DNA from: Oopsacas minuta
Lineage: Eukaryota > Animalia > Porifera
DNA: 64,000 nt
Direction of reading: 5' to 3'
Assembly: GCA_024704765.1 (NCBI GenBank)
Contig: JAKMXF010000308.1
Span: forward strand, 62,001-126,000
The translations under genes were made by a program, and so were the position numbers. The notes beneath the pieces are model-generated. The model was given only the letters and a program-made list of their open reading frames with translations, had not been told where the DNA came from and did no database searches. Positions 1-10,148 of the stretch are shown piece after piece; positions within the stretch are counted from its first letter, which is position 1, and the number at the start of each line of letters is the position of its first letter.

Positions 1-438
1 GATACAGAAGTATTGTCACTGCCTGATGTGAGTTTTAGCTATTATTATTCAAGCTTAGATAAATTACCTACTTTTATGAAAATTAATTAATTCCATCCAG
101 GCTATAGCATACTCTAGGGTCCGAATAAACGGGGAATTATCCCTACTCCTAATAATTTACTATTATGTAATGCAAGGTATGATATAAGCTTATTAATAAT
201 ATAAAATGCTTACTCTATCTAGTGTGATAAGACTATGATCCTAGAAATTCACTGCCTACAAAACATTGTAAATTTGGAATAATAATATTACGTATTTATT
301 AATGTATTCTATTTATAGTTATCACAGACGGAAAATCCTCATCAAAATAGGATTTTCTTAACAGGTAAATTATTAGGTCATGAGGATTCAAAATCTGATT
401 CTGATATATTAAACCCTGACATATTACGGGTTCAGGAA

Positions 439-2034
439 TTGGAATTCGATAGTTGTGAAGAGCTGGATAATATTCAGCAGGATAATTTTCCAGTTGTAAA
501 TTCTGACAAAAACTTATCAGTTCAACAAACCCTCAAATGTGAAATCCAATCAGAACATATAGAAGACATCCCTAATATCAATGATTCAATTAATAATATG
601 GGCAATCAAATAACGACAAGCTTAATAAGTAAACCTGACTTAACTCCAAGATCAGAAGAGCAAGATAGATCCACAATAGAACCTCCTATACCCACAGATC
701 ATGAGCCTCAAACTTCAAAAGCATTCATATCACAAGGCAGTGATATAGTAGATAATATGTGGGATGAATTTTCTTTCACTAAATATATTATTCATACTCC
801 GAAAGCAAGAAAATCTCTGAGGACTACTATTCCTCATCCATTTTCAGTTTACTACAAAAGTTTAAAACCAAAGAAGAAAACTCAAGCTCAAATTCAGGGT
901 GAAATGAAGAGAAGATTGGAAAAAGAATCAGAAGAAAGGGAGTGTTCTAGAAAGTTCGTTTCTAGACCTGTACCCAAGAGCACGTATGAACCCAGATACC
1001 AAGAAATACTAGCAAAAGAAGAGAACAGGCGTCAACAAACGAGAACTATTTCAAAAGATACTCTCCAGGCAATTGTCAAACCTTTCAAATTTGATAAACG
1101 AGAATCTGAGAAATATCTGATACAAGATTCCTATTCTACAAAATCAAGTGTAACCCAAAATCAGCTGATGTTTAAAGCTAAACCTGTTCCTAAACATTTA
1201 TTTCAGACACGATACGAAGACGAAGTAGCTGAACAAGACCTTTATCGTGAAATCAGAAAAGTTATGCGTACAAATCAACTTCTATCAACCTCGAGGCTAC
1301 CCGCTAGCATGTCAGCTTCTGAGAAAACTCTCTCCTACACAGACGGACATAAGAGACGAGTCAGAGAAGAACGGAACTCCAAACAAGCATTCATAACCGC
1401 AGAACATAAATTCAAACCGACTGTTAATAAACGTATGCCAGACTTTAAACGACAACAAGAATTATTCGAACAGAAAATGTTAGAGAGGAGACAGGAACAG
1501 AGATTATCCCGTTTGGAGTTTTCAGAACAAGACCTTATGATATCAGACTTGGATATAGGAGGGAGGAAAAACTTTGAGATAACAATACCCAATGTATGTG
1601 ATGTATTAATGAAAGCATGTCCGGTTAAGAAGAGACAGGTACGTAGAGTAGATGAAGTTTATGGTCACTCGCCCACCAAGAGCACTCAGTTAAGACAAGC
1701 CCTGGTTCAACAACGTATTAGCGTCCAAGCATCTAAAGAAAGAGATGAGAGAGATAGAGCTAGTGAACAGATGGAGAGGGTTAGACGAATGAAGAGACGT
1801 GTAGTGGAGCGTGTTAAGAAGTTTGATAATAGAGGAGAGATTCAGAGGAGAGCTATTGAGAAGAAGAGAGATTTTAAAGAGATGGAGGAATCACGACAGA
1901 GTGACTACACAGAACATTTGAGAATGATTAAAGAGAAGTTAGAAGAACGTCCTCTGGTATTTGAACGGGTAGCTTTACAATCAGCAAATGATGGTATTAG
2001 TTTGGATGAACTTAACAACACTTATACAATTTAA
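439..2034 (+). CDS. FAM161A: FAM161A/B-like centriolar/ciliary microtubule-binding protein (UPF0564); 5' end probably incomplete
   Basis: Motifs KPFKFDKRE, FKAKPVPKHLF and FKPTVNKRMPDFKRQQELF followed by a charged coiled-coil tail. The ORF-track start is TTG and the frame stays open back to about 319, so an upstream exon is likely. Confidence 0.75.
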   Translation: MEFDSCEELDNIQQDNFPVVNSDKNLSVQQTLKCEIQSEHIEDIPNINDSINNMGNQITTSLISKPDLTPRSEEQDRSTIEPPIPTDHEPQTSKAFISQGSDIVDNMWDEFSFTKYIIHTPKARKSLRTTIPHPFSVYYKSLKPKKKTQAQIQGEMKRRLEKESEERECSRKFVSRPVPKSTYEPRYQEILAKEENRRQQTRTISKDTLQAIVKPFKFDKRESEKYLIQDSYSTKSSVTQNQLMFKAKPVPKHLFQTRYEDEVAEQDLYREIRKVMRTNQLLSTSRLPASMSASEKTLSYTDGHKRRVREERNSKQAFITAEHKFKPTVNKRMPDFKRQQELFEQKMLERRQEQRLSRLEFSEQDLMISDLDIGGRKNFEITIPNVCDVLMKACPVKKRQVRRVDEVYGHSPTKSTQLRQALVQQRISVQASKERDERDRASEQMERVRRMKRRVVERVKKFDNRGEIQRRAIEKKRDFKEMEESRQSDYTEHLRMIKEKLEERPLVFERVALQSANDGISLDELNNTYTI

Positions 2035-2196
2035 CCATCTATTAAAAATATAGATTTGAATCATTATATATTTTATCCTATCACTATTACAGCATTCTAT
2101 TATTTGTAATTTGTTAAAATGCTTATTATATGAATGACACAACTCTTAATAGCTAATAATATTAACAATTAATAATATACTAAATTCTCCTTAGAA

Positions 2197-3018
2197 ATGT
2201 GTGGAGCAGAGATTGATTGGAATATTTCTAGAATAGAATCAAACTTTAGAAATTATATTGAGAAAGGAGCGTGGGGACATTGGCCTTCTGTTAAGAAAGA
2301 GATTAAATATGTTGATAGACCTGTTTGGCTGGTATCATTTGATAAAATTTCTTCTATAATTATATTACTTACTGAGATAAATGGAAAAGTATTTGTGATA
2401 ATGACGACTCGATCCGAAAAGGTTTCAACTCACAAAGGACAAGTATGCTTTCCAGGCGGTCAGAAAGAGCCAACTGACTCCAGTCCGATTCAGACCGCTC
2501 TTAGAGAAGCTGAGGAGGAGATCGGACTACCTCAAACCTCTGTTCGGATTTTGGGACTTATAAGCATAATTCCTTCATTTCTCCATCACGTTACGATTGT
2601 AGTCGGAGTAATTACTAATCCTAACTTTGTTCCTGTTCTCTCAAGTACTGAAGTAGATAATTACTTCTATTGTCCTCTAGAATTCTTCATATCTACTGAC
2701 AATCTGCAAACTAACATTATGGATTTGGAAAATTGTGATCTGACTCTTTTCAATTTTCAATACTTTTGCCCTGTAACAGAGAGAACACATAAGATATGGG
2801 GTCTAACTAGTGTCGTGGCTGTATTTGCATCTTGTATTGCATATAACAAACTTCATCCTATATCATTTAACTGGTCTCCCTGTAATGAGGTTGACGCAAA
2901 TTACAAAAGAGCTATCATTTCTTATTTAATTGGATTTGATAAAGATAATAACAGAATTATTTTCTATATCTATTCTGACTACCGGACAGTATGTAAAAAA
3001 ATGGCATCTCGTTTATAA
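2197..3018 (+). CDS. NUDT7: Peroxisomal CoA diphosphatase, Nudix hydrolase NUDT7/NUDT8 family
   Basis: Nudix box GGQKEPTDSSPIQTALREAEEEIGL preceded by the CoA-pyrophosphatase motif TTRSEKVSTHKGQVCFPGG; IWGLT motif; C-terminal SRL is a PTS1 signal. Confidence 0.88.
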   Translation: MCGAEIDWNISRIESNFRNYIEKGAWGHWPSVKKEIKYVDRPVWLVSFDKISSIIILLTEINGKVFVIMTTRSEKVSTHKGQVCFPGGQKEPTDSSPIQTALREAEEEIGLPQTSVRILGLISIIPSFLHHVTIVVGVITNPNFVPVLSSTEVDNYFYCPLEFFISTDNLQTNIMDLENCDLTLFNFQYFCPVTERTHKIWGLTSVVAVFASCIAYNKLHPISFNWSPCNEVDANYKRAIISYLIGFDKDNNRIIFYIYSDYRTVCKKMASRL

Positions 3019-3894
3019 TCTGTTTGCACATAGAATTTGTATTAAATCGAGCTTGCCTCTTTATTATGAATAATATTTTGGTCACGTGAGGGGCCACAAT
3101 AACCCTAACTATATTTATTGATTTGCATGTGTAACTTAGATGTAAATTTATGGCCAATGTTGGGAAACTAGGGGCAGGAATAAGGCCGGGATGGCGATCG
3201 ATTTAGCGTCACAAGGCCAAGTGGTGATGATCAAAGAATACTTTACATTCAATGCAAGGCTGGCGGAACCGGTCAGAGCACTTTTTTCTTTGGTATGCAC
3301 TACTCTATGGTGCTTTCGAAATTTCAGGCTTAATACACTTTAATTAATTAACAATTGGTACTTCCGGTCATTAGGGCCCCGATTAATCAGATCCATTGGC
3401 CAGAAACAAATCCTGTACATTTTGAATCGGGCCAACATCTTAATTCCACAAATCCGGTCAAATTACTTGCCAAGGTTAGTACTCGTAATAGCAAAGCTTC
3501 TTATAAGTATTTTAATTTATAAAATATGTTCGTATGTGTACATCTCATGTATAACCAACATTAAATTGTATGTTAGATAGTATGTAATAGGAAGTACTAT
3601 TGAACTCTGAAAGACCCCCCCACCAACAAATCCAAAAGCTGAATCCTGATGGTATAATAATAATAATAATAATTCTAGTATTACTAAGGCTCATGTAGAT
3701 ATAGCCTTAGTAGTTTTCGTAAAAATAAATCACATTTAACACCAACTTCACCTGATTTTGTATACGCTGTTACGTAAGTTTATTATATGGCTCTATTTGT
3801 ATAGTCCAATAAACTCTTTATTTGATTTGGAATTAATTATTGAATGTTTATCTAAATCGTTTATGCAATATTTATATGAAATGTATAAATACAT

Positions 3895-4386
3895 ATGCTA
3901 TACAGAATTATTTATACATTAGTAACACTTAACATTTACAAACAAACAATGAGCACTTCAGAGAGAAAATTGAGAATAAAAATTATGAGTAAAAAATATG
4001 TTAAAGAGGCAAAGAAAAAATTACAAAATTCACTCCAATTATGTGGTGGATTCCGCGAATTTGATGCACTTTGCAAAGAATTAAAAGAGAGCGGGTATTT
4101 AACAATGCAGGATGAAGCTCATTTGAGAGACAATAGAAGGAAACAAGGAAAAATTATCAACTCACAAAGTTATAGTAAAAATGTGAAATTATATATGATA
4201 GCTCTAGAATCAGCTATCAAGACTCAGGAATCACTTAGAGATGAACTTTTAGAAGAAAAAAATAATTTAATAGCTGAAATTACCAGCTATGAAATCTTAA
4301 TGAATTCTTTCTATTCTGATAATATGTTTACTCCACAATCTTATTATGTGTATAATACCCCATACCCATACAATATAGAAAGATAA
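3895..4386 (+). CDS. Diverged Maf/CNC-type bZIP protein with degenerate basic region (start may be ATG 3949)
   Basis: LTMQDEAHLRDNRRK followed by a heptad zipper LESAIKTQESLRDELLEEKNNLIAEI. Aligns in register with the paralogs at 18659 and 55850. Confidence 0.6.
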   Translation: MLYRIIYTLVTLNIYKQTMSTSERKLRIKIMSKKYVKEAKKKLQNSLQLCGGFREFDALCKELKESGYLTMQDEAHLRDNRRKQGKIINSQSYSKNVKLYMIALESAIKTQESLRDELLEEKNNLIAEITSYEILMNSFYSDNMFTPQSYYVYNTPYPYNIER

Positions 4387-5047
4387 TGTTAGTATTATTA
4401 TTATTACTAACTCATTAGATTTAGATACAAATTATATTATTAAATTGCAGATAGGTCAATATCTTTGATTGTAAGTTTAATTTGGGTTTCTCTAGCTTCA
4501 GCCGAAACTTATATCAGAGGAGGTTAAGGAAAATATTCAAACTATAAAATAGGGAATATTAATTTACTAACTCATATATATGTATGTTACCAGTTATAAA
4601 CTATTTCCACAAGATATATCCCTGGTATTTAGGTAACATTACATAATATTGAGGGTAGGATGCGAGCGATGTGAGCCGAATTTTACAGTTTGCAATTTAA
4701 GCCAAGGGGCTGGGAGCATGCCTCGAGGCACGAAGTTTTCCAGGGGGAGCATTGGCCCTAGTCACGCGATGTCCCTGGCAAATATGCTGTGTCCCGCGAA
4801 GTCCAGCTAAATTAGTACCCTCTGTTCCACTTTTTACTTCACTCAGGTTGGCAAGGATGAACATGCACCGCTACAGGCCAATTAAAATGAAGAAATAGTA
4901 TATTATTGTATATTGCACAAGTGCGGACCACTTTCTTGAACAATAAAAGCTTTGTATTGAAAAGAAATAATTTTTACCCATTATTACTAATTATATATCA
5001 ACAACAAGAAAGAAATATATTTACACAGACTATAATTAATTTACTAA

Positions 5048-5245
5048 TCAATTTTGCTTTTCAAAGGAAAAGATAGTTTCACGTCGGATCTTTGACTGCA
5101 TTCGCATGAAGTTTGTTCTCCTTTTATGAAGAAGCTCAAGCACATAATCAACTGGGCTTATTCCGAAAATGTACATTAATGTAAAATAGACGATGAGAAT
5201 GATCAACAGAACTGCTATGATCCATAAAAGAGCGATATATGACAT
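5048..5245 (-). CDS. Small putative single-pass membrane protein, 65 aa
   Basis: ATG start, a hydrophobic stretch of about 25 residues (IALLWIIAVLLIILIVYFTLMYIFG) and a basic tail. No family recognised. Confidence 0.3.
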   Translation of the reverse strand: MSYIALLWIIAVLLIILIVYFTLMYIFGISPVDYVLELLHKRRTNFMRMQSKIRRETIFSFEKQN

Positions 5246-5459
5246 TGCTTTATTTGTAGGAAGGAATTGGTTGTTGTAGTTTACTATATGATATTTATTG
5301 AATCATTAACAGTGCATTGATACAAATAGAATATTAGATAAATACATATTAAGGTCGTTTTAGCTAATTCGCCCCAGTTCAATAAATTATTCATTATTAG
5401 ATGTTAACGAGAAGTTATTAATAATTAGGCGTTCCTAAATATTGGTCATTAACATAATA

Positions 5460-7795
5460 AAAAATTCTTTCCTGCTGCTCTTGATGATACTATATATATA
5501 TCACCATATCCATATCACCCACAACACATCCTTAGAATTGTATTTCAGCTAAAATACTTTCACATTACTCCAAGTGCTACATGCATATAATACGATAGGT
5601 ACTCAACCATAGTAGGTGAGCATCAAGTTTCAAATAATCTTATCGTATATCTGAGGCTATATGTGTAAACAGTGCAGTACGCTACCTATATTTCAAGAAA
5701 TTATCGACTTAGGTTCGATATATGACTTTGCGAATGTAATCAATGTTTGTAGTGAATTCAGTAATGCTCTACAAATCCATCAATCAATGCCAGAGGATCG
5801 TCCTATTACAATTGAACTACATGGTTCTTCACTTGTCACTATAGTTAGTTACATCATTTGAGTACGAAATGAGGTAAATACACAGTGAATCTAAGTCTAA
5901 GTGAATCTACACTCAAAGAAATGCAGTCAAATTTTGTTTGCGAGAATTCTACGGGGGTTACAAATCCCAATGCTACCAAGTCATTCGTTGTTATGAATGG
6001 TCTTCTCTACGAAATAGTATAGGGAAGCGTGGGAATAGTTATAGATATCAGGACTTCTCCTCCCTCTCAGATACTGATTAGAGCATATCACTGATTTACA
6101 ATTTTCCCTCATTTCAGCTGAGGCACGACTTGGATATCTATTTTCGAAGGATACTCTTTCATCTGTTGAAGACCAGAGTCTATTCTAATGCGAAATCTGA
6201 TGGAAACATTGCAGCACTAAAAGCTAGAGCACTGTACCTTGCAAAGTTGGCTAATGTAAATCAAGGTCCTGGATTGCATATACCTTACTTCAAGTATGAT
6301 GCTTACAGAGATACGATAAATTCTGTTAAGAACCTGCTCACTACAATCACAGCAAATATTCGTTGATGGTAAATACTATAGTGAACTTAATTATGGAAGT
6401 CGGCCATTCTTTGACCGTGGATTCAATGGTAAGCCATTGGAATTTCAAACATCTCCACGTATGCAAACTACACTAAATAATTTGGAAAACAGAGCCGAGA
6501 TACTATATCCCTATTTCGAATGTCCATTGCATAGAAGTGGTGCGATGTGTTGTAGAAAAGAAAAGAGGATGCCCATAAATCGTGGTAGGAGGCACCCAGG
6601 GGGTGAAATTGTAATTGGAACCGGCCAAACTGAAGATACCGAGGCTACGCAGCTCGTCTCTTATAGCTCTCACTACTTCGATTAGTCTGAGGAACATGAT
6701 ACAGAATTGCATCCATTGGAATCTATTGTTATTGATTCTATTTCATTCAAAGAGGGTCCATTCGAAGGAATGATTTCAGATATTACCCCATTCTCAACCT
6801 GAAAGATCAGGCTCCCTCCTGTCAAAGACAAAGAAGAATTACAATACAACATTTCCTTAACAATTATACTCAAATTCTAAATATATGCTCAGCTGTTGGC
6901 AAGAACCATAACTTCAGCCTAGACCATGCTCCAGCTGAAAGAATTCTACGTGCTATCAGCCTCAGATATGATGAAAGCAGAGCTGCAAATGGGTCACTGA
7001 CCCATGGGTCAGTGGGTCATGGGTCATTCGTTAATGGGTCATGACCCATCAAAATTCTATTTATATACAATGTAGGCTTAAAAGAGTTATTTGCCAATTA
7101 GAAAACCTTCTAAATAGAGTTAATAGAGGTGGTCATTATACTAAATGTTTGGAATACTACAAGTGAGAGTTTTAGTCTCCTTGATTGGCGGAAGCAGAAT
7201 AAACTTAGGTTTCCATTATTATCAATAATTGTCATGAGACTATTGGTAACTCAGGCATCCTCATCCGAAAGCGAGAGACACTTTAGTGCCTTTAATGCTC
7301 GGCATATCGTAACATCTCAACGGAATGCAATGTTGCCAGAAACTATCGAAGCTGTCTCTGTTGTGTTGGAAGGATATAAAATCAACTTAATTTAATTATT
7401 GTGTTAGACTAAATACTTACATTATACTTGCTCCTAATAATGAAATACATAATGGGTCAGAAAATAATAGATGGGTCATGACCCATGGGTCAATGGGTCT
7501 TGGGTCACTACTTCGATGGGTCACATGGGTCATGGGTCACTTCATGTGACCCATTTGCAGCTCTGGATGGAAGTCCTGCTACATTTATGTTTGATCGCAA
7601 TCTGACTATTTTATTTCCAATGTTACGCCAAGTGATGTAATTATTCCCGATGTACTAAAGATGATGTCTGATAAGTCAGTGTGTGGTGGAACTGATATTG
7701 TATTTTCCTTGGATGAAGCACAAATCAACAAAACTATGTACAAATCTTTAATTAATATATTAATTAACGCTTAAAAGTTAGAACTAACCTTCTCG
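5460..7795 (+). pseudogene. Long decayed coding-like region of unknown family, interrupted by a hAT element
   Basis: Successive same-strand protein-like frames (5661, 6130, 6437 and others) broken by single stops and frameshifts. The frame reads through the hAT empty site (ISLRYDES|PATFMFDRN). Confidence 0.3.
6978..7565 (+). mobile_element. Non-autonomous hAT DNA transposon (deletion derivative keeping the C-terminal dimerisation domain)
   Basis: Terminal inverted repeats (TIRs) CAGAGCTGCAAATGGGTCAC / GTGACCCATTTGCAGCTCTG. 8-bp TSD GATGAAAG/GATGGAAG. Subterminal TGGGTCA/TGACCCA repeats. ORF 7129-7395 has LDW..N..RFPLL...L.TQASSSESERHFS..RN, the hAT dimerisation motif. Confidence 0.92.
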
Positions 7796-8040
7796 AGGAA
7801 TTCAGTGGGACAGTTTTCAGCATAGTTAGTCTCAATCTACTTAACTTAATCACTGAACTCCTGAAGAATAGACATTCACAACTCGAACAGCAATCAGTTG
7901 GTCCTTGCGAAATCTTTCTACTAAAATCTTCTATCAGAGTTGCTAGGGTTATACTAATATCCTTTCTAGACATTCTGACCCTCTTAGCATTTCGAGAATT
8001 TACAGAAGGCTTCTGACGTAATACTGAGGAACAAAAGAAT
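7764..8040 (-). mobile_element. Helitron/Helentron Rep-helicase N-terminal fragment
   Basis: RNAKRVRMSRK...EDFSRKISQGPTDCCSSCECLFFRSSVIKL matches the F...I..GP...C..C..L.F..SV pattern that precedes the Rep domain in animal Helitron-like proteins. Confidence 0.5.
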
Positions 8041-8606
8041 ATTCTGATGAATCATGAGTATGAGATTTATAAGGCGTTATAATTAGAAAACGCTTATCTG
8101 AATAAATTTCGGGGTAAATATACATTCATATCTATCAAATTATGAGTATTATCTTAAATAAATTAATAGCTCTTATTATGACGTATATAGTTATGACTTG
8201 TTAATAATAGCTAAATTCATAAATTGATACTAATAATAATATTTGGTACCTGCAGGCGGCAAAGATCCTTGCTTCGCTCAAGAGGATCAAGCCTGTCTTC
8301 CCTCATTTCTGAAAAATTGAATCCTGTATATTGATTATAAAGTGAATATAATCAGATTTGATATTATTGAGTCAGTATATCAAAGATTAATTAATTGAAA
8401 TATATAACATTCGTTAAATAATACAGGGATGCAAAATTATTGGTGTGGCGTTCCATCAGTTTGAATGTTAACGGAATCATATGATAAATTATGTAGATAT
8501 AGAGGGCAGTAGGAATCCCACGGAAAGTGGGTAGCCCATGTCATGGTAGCATAGTAATATAAAGTGGGGGCGCCTCAGCCGCCCCACTTCCTACGCCCTT
8601 GGTATG

Positions 8607-9022
8607 TATAGATTTGAAAATGTCAAATTGGAATCTACATCCTCGATAACCCCTGATTAGCATTCGAAATGGAATCTCAGGCATCAATTTGAAATATGTG
8701 TAAGAAGGTGTGAAAATATAATTAATGATATGATAAATCTGTAAAGAATCTCAAAATCTGTCTCTACGCACCCAATTACCCCCATGTTGAAACCTAATCT
8801 CTAGCTTGCTTTTGTAGTAAACATAGTAAGGTGTGAAATATTCACTTTAGAAAAATTCATACCCGAGGTGCAAATCTCCGACCCAAATTGTATATATATA
8901 CACACACCAATTTTCATGTTCATTCGACTGCTAGATTTCGCACGGCCGCGCGGACTGACGGAAGTACTGAAGTCGCACATCGTCCATTGCCATTAGGGCA
9001 TCTCCCTATAGGAGCTGCAATA
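8607..9022 (+). repeat. Dispersed repeat family R1, copy 1 (unclassified non-autonomous element)
   Basis: Similar blocks at 11790-12214, 31602-31750 (reverse), 36320-36440, 43305-43435 and 46990-47110 (reverse). Shared motifs: GTGTGAAAATATGATTAATCATATGA, CTCTACGCACCCAATTA and the end GCATCTCCCTATAGGAGCTGCA. Confidence 0.75.
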
Positions 9023-10148
9023 ACAACATTCAAATCAAAATTATTCCAAAATTATATTGTTAATTAATATACTATTAGCGGGCTACGCGGTTGCGAACAC
9101 TTCGTGTCCACACTCGGACCTACGGCCCTCGAGTACATAAACTCATAATCTTAACCGTAGCAAACATGATACTTCCATAATCTTTAAATCTTCTTACTTT
9201 ATGCCCCAAAAGTGAACAAATATTTATGAGATGTTGTTTACAATCATATTTGGACTCAGCATATTCGATAACCCCAGTATTCGAGTATCCAGTATTCAGA
9301 CTGTAATTATTTCAACGTCATCACAACAGGGTTGCCAATCCAATCAATCGAATCAACAATCCAAATCTCTTATCGATTTTTGGGTTGTACTTTGGATATT
9401 TGTTTTTGTGGTTAGACTGTTTGTAATTGCATTTTTGAAAATCTTTGGACTGTTTTAGGATTTATTCATTGTTTATTTAGTTGTTTACAACTTTACATTC
9501 AACTTTTGTTAGTGTATAATATTTCCAAATTCCTACATTAAGGTATAGTTGACAACCCTTTCCAATCTAAATGAAAATACAATTAATCAATTGATTCATA
9601 ATTTGGAATCATATTAATATACATATTGAGAGGATCAAAGCAATCCAATCAAAAGAAAATGTAGCAATCGACAATTGAAAAATTGTTCGTGTTCGAATTT
9701 CATGTTCATGTTTAATGTTTTGTGTTCGTGTCGTGTTCGTGTTTTACTTTCCGCCTTTTGTGTCGTGTTGGTGTGAAATTTGAACACGACGGTCCGTCAC
9801 GCTGGGCTCTAATTTCCAGCATGCTTTTCAATAAAATAGTACACACTTTGCTGTATGAAAAAGTGAACTTTTTACACCTATCTGGTAATTAATCATAATT
9901 TTCACATCACCTCTTAGGAGCTACACAAATAAACTATAGACAAAATGAATCCGAAATAGCTTTCGTCTGTCGGACTCTACCCTAATATAGCAGCATAGTT
10001 ACAACTAGGAGTATCATATGACAAAGAAGACTGAGACAAAGAAATAATTAGTTTTAGCTATATGCCATATAAATTAGGCTGAGGAATATACATATATGTT
10101 TATCACATTTGAGAATACTGAGAAGTGATTAGGCAGCGTAGAATCAAG

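Noticed and set aside
1335-1592. Minus-strand 85-aa ORF (likewise 18814-19119, 46034-46318, 48777-49652, 55381-55620, 60284-60667, 62369-62608)
   Set aside because: Antisense or alternate-frame shadows of well-supported genes.
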